The notes under the pieces are model-generated. The model saw only the letters and a program-made list of their open reading frames with translations. It was not told the origin of the DNA and searched no databases. 12,435 bases of DNA from contig JBLFWS010000101.1 of NCBI GenBank assembly GCA_047611865.1, forward strand, positions 1 through 12,435, read 5' to 3'. Positions 1-7,329 of this stretch are shown here, in pieces (within the stretch, counting starts at the first letter, position 1; each line of letters begins with the position of its first letter). The position numbers and the translations under genes are program-made. This DNA is from Chlamydiales bacterium (GTDB lineage: Bacteria > Chlamydiota > Chlamydiia > Chlamydiales > JBDQID01).

Positions 1-168
1 TCGCCCCTTATGAAGGCTTCGCCAAGTTCAAAAAAAATACTCCATTAGCTTGATAGTGGGACAAGTATTAACCGGAAACTTAGAGGGGGAGGCTACGGGA
101 TTTTAGTCCCATCTGTGTCACCCCAGGGCTGGCCCTTTGGCGGGGTTTTAAGGTGGAAACCCATAAAG
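1..168. repeat. Non-coding cluster of GC-rich mini-hairpins (REP-like/palindromic element, probably continuing left of the window)
   Basis: No ORF. GGC-TTC-GCC at 15-23 (GGCGAAGCC on the minus strand) plus a truncated TCGCCCC at 1-7. GGGA-TTTTAG-TCCC at 97-110. AGGGC-TG-GCCCT at 125-136, enclosed by ACCCC(120-124)/GGGGT(142-146). Imperfect GAAA-loop hairpin TTTTAAGGTG-GAAA-CCCATAAAG at 146-168. Multicopy status cannot be seen from one window. Confidence 0.45.
30..69 (-). terminator. Possible intrinsic terminator of the serS-mnmH-azlCD operon
   Basis: Minus strand reads AATACT-TGTC-CCACTA-TCAAGC-TAATGG-AGTATT, running into a T8 tract (A30-A37 on plus), about 115 nt past the azlD stop. The stem is imperfect (bulge and a C.A mismatch). 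Confidence 0.35.
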
Positions 169-184
169 ACTTTAAGTTTGTGGA

Positions 185-526
185 CTACTCGAAGAAATTG
201 ATTACGAAATTATTTGGTAGGAGGGTCATGTAGAGTAGTGTGCCTGTGACTAGGCTGAGTAGTGTGTTGCGTTTGTATGCGTGTATGATGCTGATGTATG
301 TTATGGCGGTGAATTCGGGGATTCCGTAGGGGATGGATTGTATGGGTGTTTCTTTGATGCAGTGTACTATTAAGAGGAACATGATGGTGGCGGGAAGGTA
401 TTTTCCGAGGTGGCGGATGAGTTCGTTGTTTTTCATTTTTTCAGCAGCGAAAAAAGGAATGGCTCTTGTGCAGAAGGTTGCTAGGGACATGGCGCCGATG
501 ACCCCGAAGATATAAGCTAGTTGCAT
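185..526 (-). CDS. azlD: AzlD-family branched-chain amino acid exporter, small subunit
   Basis: 113-aa hydrophobic protein with the TF.TRA.PF and LGKYLP..IM..L.V.C motifs and C-terminal KRN.LLS...GT.LYM.L typical of AzlD/BrnE. Its start overlaps the azlC stop by 10 nt. Confidence 0.9.
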   Translation of the reverse strand: MQLAYIFGVIGAMSLATFCTRAIPFFAAEKMKNNELIRHLGKYLPATIMFLLIVHCIKETPIQSIPYGIPEFTAITYISIIHAYKRNTLLSLVTGTLLYMTLLPNNFVINFFE

Positions 527-1251
527 ATTTTTTTTGTTTCCCAGGTTTTGTGTGCTATGAGCATTCCGGCGGAGATGGTGATTGCGATGAATAGCATATT
601 TTTTGGAAAAAAGATTAGGGAGATGAGAGCTGCGACGAGGGCTATGATGAAAGGGGTGAATGTTTGTACATTAGCGGCCTGCTCAATGGTGAGAATGACG
701 AATATGGCTGTAGGGACAAATTCTATTCCGGGTATATCTGGGGAGAGGTTGGCTCCACAGTATGCGCCGAGGATGCTACCCATCATCCAGTAGGAGTGAA
801 TTAAGGCGGTGACGTAGAAGCAGTGGTTGGGGTCTTGGCTTTTTTCTAGTGGGGGAGATGATGTAAGTAGAGAGTAGGTTTCATCTGTTAAGCCGAATAT
901 CATATATAGTTTTTTTAGCTTCCCACACTGATATCGTTCTAGTAGGGATAGCCCATAAAAGATGTGACGTAAATTGATAAGAAAGGTCGTGAGGGCTATG
1001 TCAATAATCGATGCTTGTGCAGCAATTAATGTGATAGCTAGAATTTGGGCGCTTCCGGCGAGGACGAAGAGGCTCATTAAAGGGCCTACAAATACATCGT
1101 ATCCTAGCCTTTGGAAAAGGAATCCGCAGGTGAATCCAAAGGGGATATAAGCAAAAAAAATTGGGAGGCTACATTTTAAAGCATTCAAGAAAGTTGAGTT
1201 TGATGAAGTCGCTTGTAACTCAGTGGGGATGGAATGGGCTTCTGAGGACAT
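517..1251 (-). CDS. azlC: AzlC-family branched-chain amino acid exporter, large subunit
   Basis: 244-aa multi-TM protein with AzlC hallmarks LPIFFAYIPFGF..G, MS..V.AGSAQ, INLRHIFYGLSL and FGLTDETYS. Paired with azlD. The ATG is 1 nt after the mnmH stop. Confidence 0.92.
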   Translation of the reverse strand: MSSEAHSIPTELQATSSNSTFLNALKCSLPIFFAYIPFGFTCGFLFQRLGYDVFVGPLMSLFVLAGSAQILAITLIAAQASIIDIALTTFLINLRHIFYGLSLLERYQCGKLKKLYMIFGLTDETYSLLTSSPPLEKSQDPNHCFYVTALIHSYWMMGSILGAYCGANLSPDIPGIEFVPTAIFVILTIEQAANVQTFTPFIIALVAALISLIFFPKNMLFIAITISAGMLIAHKTWETKKICN

Positions 1252-1252
1252 C

Positions 1253-2272
1253 TTAGTGCCATGAATCGTATTTGGAGAATTGAAGGATCTTATGAGCCCA
1301 TTGATGAGGGCTTAGTCCGTGTGCTGTCAGGGTGCTGATAGGCTGCTTTCGTTTGCTGAGACTATATTGATAAGCTTTGTCATAGTATTCGAGAACCATT
1401 TTGCCGGCTTTCAGATAGTCCCCTGATTCAATTAAGGATAAGATGCCTTTTGTGCGTAGGCCGCCGAGCTTTTTGCTAAGGCGTTGGGTCGATTCCATAA
1501 CGGAGGCAATCTCGAAGTTGCCATAGTCTTTTTCGAGGTTGGAGTGTCTCTCTGAAAGGGGAACATCGATTTTGAACAAGGGGGCTGCTTGCATGCCGTT
1601 AAAAATATTTTTGGGTATGGAGCAGAAGCCAATCAAACGACTTTCATCTTCTACCCATACGGGTTTTTCAGTACTAAAAGAGGCCCATTTTATTGCGATG
1701 TTATTTTCGAACTGCTCGGAAGTGGGTTGTTCACCAACTTTTCCAAAGGCGCTGCCCCGATGGTTGGCTAAGCCTTCTAAATCCAGGACCTGTTCTCCCA
1801 TACTTTCGAGAGCGTGTAATATATGGGTTTTATTAGATCCTGTGAGTCCTCCAATAACTCGGAGTTTTCTCGGTTTTTGCAGGTTTTCGAGAGCCCAGTT
1901 TCGGAAGCTTTTGTAGCCTCCTTCAAGAGTGCTGCTCGTAGTTCCTGTTAACTCTAAAAGTTCAGCTACGGAGCTGCTGCGCATGCCGCCACGCCAGCAG
2001 TGAACTTTTGCGGGCTGCCCTTTGAGGGTTTCCCTAGCTTTGGAGATGAGATGAGGAATTTGAGGCTCTATGATACTGAGGCCCAGATTAATGGCTTCTT
2101 GAACACCGACTTGTTTGTAGGTGGTGCCCACTTCTGAGCGCTCGGCATTCGTAAAGAGGGGTATATTGATAGCTAGAGGTATGTGTCCCTTGGCGTATTC
2201 GGCAGGGGACCTGACATCAATGATGGTGCCTTGAGTTTCGATAAATGGTTCGACAGCTAAGATCTCTGGCAT
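1253..2272 (-). CDS. mnmH: tRNA 2-selenouridine(34)/geranyl-2-thiouridine synthase SelU/MnmH
   Basis: N-terminal rhodanese domain (IDVRSPAEYAKGHIP, VGTTYKQ, HCWRGGMRS, LEGGYKSFR) followed by a P-loop domain (GGLTGSNKT, DLEGLANHRGSAFG, EDESRLIG, YYDKAY). Start moved from 2341 to ATG 2272, which is preceded by GAGGG and avoids overlap with serS; 339 aa. Confidence 0.93.
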   Translation of the reverse strand: MPEILAVEPFIETQGTIIDVRSPAEYAKGHIPLAINIPLFTNAERSEVGTTYKQVGVQEAINLGLSIIEPQIPHLISKARETLKGQPAKVHCWRGGMRSSSVAELLELTGTTSSTLEGGYKSFRNWALENLQKPRKLRVIGGLTGSNKTHILHALESMGEQVLDLEGLANHRGSAFGKVGEQPTSEQFENNIAIKWASFSTEKPVWVEDESRLIGFCSIPKNIFNGMQAAPLFKIDVPLSERHSNLEKDYGNFEIASVMESTQRLSKKLGGLRTKGILSLIESGDYLKAGKMVLEYYDKAYQYSLSKRKQPISTLTAHGLSPHQWAHKILQFSKYDSWH

Positions 2273-2291
2273 TTTTCCCTCATAATTGTGA

Positions 2292-3590
2292 TTAGGACAT
2301 GGCCGGAGACGTTTCCTGGGGCTCAAGCTTACTGATACCACCTAAGTACTTTTGGAGTACTTCGGGTATGTTTATGGAACCATCGGCATTTTGGTTGTTT
2401 TCCAGTAGGGCAACCATTAAGCGAGAGGTTGCTAGAGAGGAGCCATTGAGAGTGTGTAAAAGCTCGGGCTTTTCTCCTTTTTTCCTGTAGCGGATTTGTG
2501 AGCGACGTGCCTGGTAGTCCGTGCAGTTGGAGATAGAAGAAACCTCATAATAACGATCTTGGCCTGGAAGCCAAACTTCTATGTCGACAGTACGTGCGGA
2601 GGCAAATGACATGTCACCTGTGACAAGAAGCATATTGCGGTAGTGTAAACCGAGGCCTTGGAGGATTTCTTCAGCGGTGGATACCATTTCATCAAACATT
2701 TTTGGGCTATCTTCTGGCTTGGTGAAGCAAAATAACTCAACTTTGTTGAACTGGTGTACGCGGATAAGGCCTCGTTCTTGAGATCCTGCAGCACCGGCTT
2801 CTCGACGAAAGCAAGGGGTATAAGCTGTGTATTTTAGGGGCAGTTCTTCTTCGGTAAGGATCTCGTCGTAGTGTAGTCCATTGAGGATTACCTCAGCAGT
2901 AGGGATCATGTACAAGTCGAAATGTTCGTCCTTAAGGCGAAAAACCTGGTCTCCAAATTTAGGGAGTTGTCCTGAGCCGTAGAGGATTTCGGGACGGGCT
3001 ACCAAAGGAGGTATCCATTGGGTAAAGCCATTTTTAATATTGCAGTCTAACATGTAGTTGATAAGTGCCCATTCGAGGCGTGCCCCCATTCCACGGTATA
3101 CTGGCCATCCGCTCCCGGAAACCTTTGCTCCTCTTTTGAAATCGAAAAGGTTCAGGTCTTCGTTGAGTTCTAGGTGGTTTTTGAATGAGAAGGAGAACTC
3201 GGTTTTTTTTCCTACTTCTTTGATACAGACGTTGTCTTCGACATCATGAGAAATTTTGACGTCTTCCATAGGGAGGTTAGGGAGTGAGGCGAGCTCATGA
3301 GTGAACTGACTGTCGAGTTCACGGGATTTTTCGTCGAGATCATGGATTAGGGAGCCTAGTCCCTCGACTTCTTTCATAATTTCGCTGGCATCTTCTCCTT
3401 CTCTCTTGAGTTCGCCGATTTTTTTTGAAATGCTGTTGCGCTTGGATTTGAGCTCTTCAACTTCTAATTTGACTTTCCGTAATTGCGAGTCTAGGTTTAT
3501 AACCAGAGACGTGCTGGCATCGGGTTCTTTTCTTTTGATGAGTTCTTCAATGCGACTTTGATCATTACGAATTGTTTTAATATCGAGCAT
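2292..3590 (-). CDS. serS: Serine--tRNA ligase (class II aaRS)
   Basis: MLDIK N-terminus and coiled-coil arm, GQLPKF, IPTAEV, motif 2 PCFRREAG...RGLIRVHQFNKVE, EVSSISNCTDYQARR, motif 3 HTLNGSSLATSR. SD GGAGGT at 3594-3599. Confidence 0.98.
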   Translation of the reverse strand: MLDIKTIRNDQSRIEELIKRKEPDASTSLVINLDSQLRKVKLEVEELKSKRNSISKKIGELKREGEDASEIMKEVEGLGSLIHDLDEKSRELDSQFTHELASLPNLPMEDVKISHDVEDNVCIKEVGKKTEFSFSFKNHLELNEDLNLFDFKRGAKVSGSGWPVYRGMGARLEWALINYMLDCNIKNGFTQWIPPLVARPEILYGSGQLPKFGDQVFRLKDEHFDLYMIPTAEVILNGLHYDEILTEEELPLKYTAYTPCFRREAGAAGSQERGLIRVHQFNKVELFCFTKPEDSPKMFDEMVSTAEEILQGLGLHYRNMLLVTGDMSFASARTVDIEVWLPGQDRYYEVSSISNCTDYQARRSQIRYRKKGEKPELLHTLNGSSLATSRLMVALLENNQNADGSINIPEVLQKYLGGISKLEPQETSPAMS

Positions 3591-3617
3591 ATTACCTCCA
3601 AGAATACAAGTTTAAAA

Positions 3618-3646
3618 AGTATAGGTGTCGTCACGAATTTTGTCAA
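3618..3646 (-). promoter_or_regulatory. Sigma70/sigma66-type promoter for the serS operon
   Basis: Minus strand TTGACA (3646-3641), 17-nt spacer, TATACT (3623-3618). Predicts a leader of about 20 nt containing the GGAGGT SD. Confidence 0.8.
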
Positions 3647-3672
3647 CAAACTCTAGGGGGTTATTTTTCTTG

Positions 3673-3678
3673 TATAAT
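3673..3678 (+). promoter_or_regulatory. Putative -10 element for smc
   Basis: Perfect TATAAT ending 55 nt upstream of the smc GTG. No convincing -35 at 17 bp. Confidence 0.45.
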
Positions 3679-3694
3679 AAGGTGAAAATGTGAG

Positions 3695-3731
3695 ATAAAT
3701 GCACTCCCTATTTGTGCATTATGGAGTGCAT
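3695..3731 (+). promoter_or_regulatory. Inverted repeats in the smc leader overlapping its Shine-Dalgarno
   Basis: ATGCACTCC (3699-3707) is the exact reverse complement of GGAGTGCAT (3723-3731), which contains the GGAG SD. AATGCAC (3698-3704) also pairs with GTGCATT (3714-3720). Confidence 0.55.
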
Positions 3732-3733
3732 CC

Positions 3734-6700
3734 GTGCGTTTAAAAAAGATTGAGCTTTATGGTTTTAAGTCATTCGCTGATAGAACTGTTTTGGTTTTTG
3801 ATGAAGGAATTACAGGAATTGTCGGGCCTAATGGTTGTGGCAAGTCGAACATCATTGATGCCTTTAGATGGGTAATCGGAGAGCAATCTGCGAAGTCCAT
3901 GCGTGGCGATAAAATGAATGATGTTATTTTTGCTGGAGCTTCAAAGCGTAGCTCTTTGAATTATGCCGAAGTATCTCTGACATTCACAGAAGTTAAGGGG
4001 GCTCTTCCTATTGATTTCGATGAAGTATCCGTCTCCCGTCGCGTCTATCGTAGTGGAGATTCGGAATATCGGATAAATCGAAATATCGTTCGGCTTAAGG
4101 ATGTGCAAAGTTTATTTTTGGGAACCGGAATTGGGAAGACGGGGTTTTCTATTTTTGAACAAGGGAAGATCGATCAGATTATCCTTAATAACCCGGTCCA
4201 GCGTCGCTATATTTTCGAAGAAGCAGCGGGTATCCTCAGATTCAAACAGCGTAAAAAAGAAGCTTTAAACAAGCTGGAGCAAACCCAGTCAAATTTGGAA
4301 AGAGCTCGCGATATTTTTGACGAAGTAAAAAAACGACTGGCAACTCTTTCTAAACAAGCTGAAGCGGCACGACGCTTCAAAACAAATAAAAGTAATTTTG
4401 AAGGTCTTGACAAAGCTGTTTTCCTTGCTAAATGGGAAGGCTTGAAAGCACGAAATGAAGACCACCTTTCCAAGCAGACCTTGATAGAAGAAGACAAAAG
4501 CAAGCACGATGCTTCTCTGGAAGAAATGGAAGGCGAGATCGCCAAAATTGAAAAGCTACTATCTTCCAGCGATGAAGATTTCCAGAAAGTCAAAGAAAAA
4601 GTATTCGGTACTCGCGGAGTGAAAGAAGTCGCAATCGTTGAGGAGAGGTCCCGAAAGGAACGTGTTCGTGAAGGCGAGGCTCGAGATAAAACACTGCGGC
4701 AGGATTCTCAAGAATTGAGAAAGCGTCGTAAAGACAATGAAAAAGAGATTGCCGTATTTCGACTTGACGAAGAGAAGTTTAAGGAAACTTTGAAAGCTGA
4801 AGAGATTAAGCTTAAAAAGAGCGAGAAAACAGTTGCCTCTGCTGAAAAAGAGATTGGGGATTTACGAGACTCGCAAAAGAAATCGCAGAAAAGCCTTCTC
4901 CATTCTATGGAGGACTTGAACCGTTGGGATGGAAAGCTTAAAGACAGTCGCGTTCGTCTTGAGAGCTGTCAGGAAAAGCTGGCATGGCTTGAAGATCAAA
5001 TGAAAGAAAATAGCGCAACTTTGAAAAGTTTGCGTAGTGATATTGAGAGCAAGAAAAAGGTAGTTGATACTACAGTGGGGCGTATTGATGGCCTGAAAGG
5101 CTCTTTGATAGAAGCGGAAGATCAGGTTGCAGATACAAACCTTGCAATTCGTAAAGGTCAGGAAGAGCAGAAAAGGGTCCTGGGGAAAGTAGCAGAGGTA
5201 AGCGCTAGAAAAGAAGTGCTAGAACGCTTGCGTGAGGAGATGGAAGGGCTCTCTTTAGATACACGATCTTTATTGCGCGAATCAGCAAAAGCAAAGAGTC
5301 CTTTAAAAGGTCTTCTACAACCTCTTTATGAACGAATTGTTCCGAAATCTGGTAATGAAGAGTTTCTTGCAACCGCTTTGCGGCAATATGCTCAGACTAT
5401 CGTCGTGCAAAAGTCTCAAGATCGCGAAAAAGTTTTACTCTTTGCTAAGGAAAATAAACTGCGGGATTTTTCACTCTTTTGCGTTGAAGATGCTAGAAAT
5501 GAGAAAAATGCGGCAGGAAAGATTTCCGGAGCGTCCTCCCTTTTAGATTTTGTCGAGAAGAATGAGATTGCTGAGCACTTTTTGCAGGACGTATACGTTG
5601 TTGAATCGATTGATAAGGCTGTAGCTCTCTCTAGGAGTAAGCAAAATTTAGAAGCGTTAGTAGAAGGGGGTATTCTTGTAGATAGGCACTCTGTTCTAGC
5701 TTCTACGACCCTTGGAGAGGGGAGCACTTTTGTCCGAGAGGCGGAAGTAAAAGTGCTTTCTACAGAATTGAAGAAGGTAGAAGGGCTCTGTAGAAAGGCT
5801 GAGGAAACTCTTACTGCACTAGAGCAGAAAAAAGCATTGGAGCTTTCTCGCAGGGGTGAAATCGATCAGATGATGCGCCGTGAAGAAATGAAGCTGGTGG
5901 AAGTCAATATGTTTCTCCAAGGGGCGATTGCTAATAGGGATAAGGTTCAAGGGCAGCTTGAAGCTAACGCTGAAGAATCGAAAACGCAAAAAGAAAATAC
6001 TAATAAATTCGGCTCCTTAATTAAGGAAGCGGAGAAAGAACTATCTGTAGCGCAGAAAAATAGCGAAAAGTTCCGTCTCATTGTAGAAGAGAGCGAGAGA
6101 TCTCTGGAAGGACAACTGAAAGTTCTGGAGGAGTTGAAGCAAGAATATCGTGAATGCGAGTTGCTTCACAAAGAGCAAGCTGATGAAGTACGAACGGTTG
6201 CGAATTCCTTAAATGTGTTAGAGATGCAGGCTAAGGAGTGGGAGCGGCAGCAGGGGAATCTGGAAAAAGAGTTGCTTACATTGTCCAATTCTCAGGAAGG
6301 CCTTGTGGCTAGGGAAGTGGAATACCGGCAGAAGTTGGAAGCAATCGAGAAAGAGCTGGAATCTCAGGAAGCAGCCTGTGATAAATTAAAATCTCAAGTG
6401 GAAAAGCAGAAAGAGTTGTTGGAACAAAAGACTCTGACCCTTCGAAAGTACCGTGAAAAAATTCATAAACTTGAAGAAAAAAGAAGTAGCCTCGGTATAA
6501 AAGCTGCACGTAGCGTTGCCGAACTCGAAGCTTTGGAAACGAGCTTTCATGAGCGCTATCAGATAAATTTTGAACAGGCTTCCAAGATGCAATTGCCTGT
6601 AGTACAAGATCTTCTAATAGCAGAACAGGCTTTGGCCCAGCTCCGTAGAGAAATCGAGAAGGCAGGCGATGTCAACATGTCTTCCATCGATGAATACGAG

Positions 6701-7300
6701 CAAGTTCATGCCCGTCACGAATTCCTTAATGGTCAACTTCAGGATATTGGGGGGTCTCAGGAAGAACTCTTGAAAATTATTGCTAAGTTGGACAGAGCTA
6801 GCCGGAAGGCTCTTAAGGAAACCTTTGACGCTATCCGTAAGAATTTCAAAAAGAATTTCGAGATTCTCTTTGGTGGTGGGGAGGCAGACCTGAAGCTTAC
6901 GGAGAGTCCGGATGTTTTGGATGCGGGAATTGAAATTATTGCTCAGCCTCCAGGAAAGCAGATGCGTTCTATTAGTCTCCTTTCCGGTGGGGAGAAGTGT
7001 ATGACAGCGATGGCTTTATTATTTGCCTTCTTCGAAGTTAAACCGGCACCTTTTTGCCTTCTTGACGAAATAGATGCTCCTCTCGATGATTCAAATATTG
7101 CCCGATTTGTGGATCTCTTAAAGCAATTTATTGAACAGACTCAGTTTGTCATTGTTACTCATAATAAACGCACGATGTCTATAGTAGATATTCTTGTGGG
7201 AGTGTCAATGCAGGAAAAAGGGGTATCTAAATTGCTTTCTCTGGAGTTTACAAAGGAGACGGAATCTAGTAAGGAAGAAGCGCTTGTGACGGCTTCTTAA
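3734..7300 (+). CDS. smc: Chromosome segregation protein SMC
   Basis: 1188 aa. GFKSFAD, Walker A GPNGCGKSN, Q-loop FEQGKI, EEAAGI, two long coiled coils around a hinge, signature LSGGEK, Walker B/D-loop LLDEIDAPLDD, H-loop QFVIVTH. GTG start with GGAG SD. Confidence 0.96.
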   Translation: MRLKKIELYGFKSFADRTVLVFDEGITGIVGPNGCGKSNIIDAFRWVIGEQSAKSMRGDKMNDVIFAGASKRSSLNYAEVSLTFTEVKGALPIDFDEVSVSRRVYRSGDSEYRINRNIVRLKDVQSLFLGTGIGKTGFSIFEQGKIDQIILNNPVQRRYIFEEAAGILRFKQRKKEALNKLEQTQSNLERARDIFDEVKKRLATLSKQAEAARRFKTNKSNFEGLDKAVFLAKWEGLKARNEDHLSKQTLIEEDKSKHDASLEEMEGEIAKIEKLLSSSDEDFQKVKEKVFGTRGVKEVAIVEERSRKERVREGEARDKTLRQDSQELRKRRKDNEKEIAVFRLDEEKFKETLKAEEIKLKKSEKTVASAEKEIGDLRDSQKKSQKSLLHSMEDLNRWDGKLKDSRVRLESCQEKLAWLEDQMKENSATLKSLRSDIESKKKVVDTTVGRIDGLKGSLIEAEDQVADTNLAIRKGQEEQKRVLGKVAEVSARKEVLERLREEMEGLSLDTRSLLRESAKAKSPLKGLLQPLYERIVPKSGNEEFLATALRQYAQTIVVQKSQDREKVLLFAKENKLRDFSLFCVEDARNEKNAAGKISGASSLLDFVEKNEIAEHFLQDVYVVESIDKAVALSRSKQNLEALVEGGILVDRHSVLASTTLGEGSTFVREAEVKVLSTELKKVEGLCRKAEETLTALEQKKALELSRRGEIDQMMRREEMKLVEVNMFLQGAIANRDKVQGQLEANAEESKTQKENTNKFGSLIKEAEKELSVAQKNSEKFRLIVEESERSLEGQLKVLEELKQEYRECELLHKEQADEVRTVANSLNVLEMQAKEWERQQGNLEKELLTLSNSQEGLVAREVEYRQKLEAIEKELESQEAACDKLKSQVEKQKELLEQKTLTLRKYREKIHKLEEKRSSLGIKAARSVAELEALETSFHERYQINFEQASKMQLPVVQDLLIAEQALAQLRREIEKAGDVNMSSIDEYEQVHARHEFLNGQLQDIGGSQEELLKIIAKLDRASRKALKETFDAIRKNFKKNFEILFGGGEADLKLTESPDVLDAGIEIIAQPPGKQMRSISLLSGGEKCMTAMALLFAFFEVKPAPFCLLDEIDAPLDDSNIARFVDLLKQFIEQTQFVIVTHNKRTMSIVDILVGVSMQEKGVSKLLSLEFTKETESSKEEALVTAS

Positions 7301-7329
7301 GGATTACTCTTAATTAAATATTGACTATT

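Noticed and set aside
2273..2341. N-terminal extension of MnmH in the ORF track
   Set aside because: It overlaps the serS 3' end. ATG 2272 has an SD and gives a family-typical start.
2421..2456. SerRS motif 3 reads NGSSLA rather than NGSGLA
   Set aside because: Ser or Ala at this position occurs in ordinary bacterial SerRS enzymes; there is no basis for claiming a resistance variant.
3591..3617. T-box riboswitch upstream of serS
   Set aside because: The consensus promoter leaves a leader of only about 20 nt, and there is no T-box motif.
3698..3732. CIRCE (HrcA operator) resemblance: AATGCACTC...GAGTGCATC
   Set aside because: CIRCE is TTAGCACTC-N9-GAGTGCTAA. Here the spacer is 17 nt and the outer bases differ.
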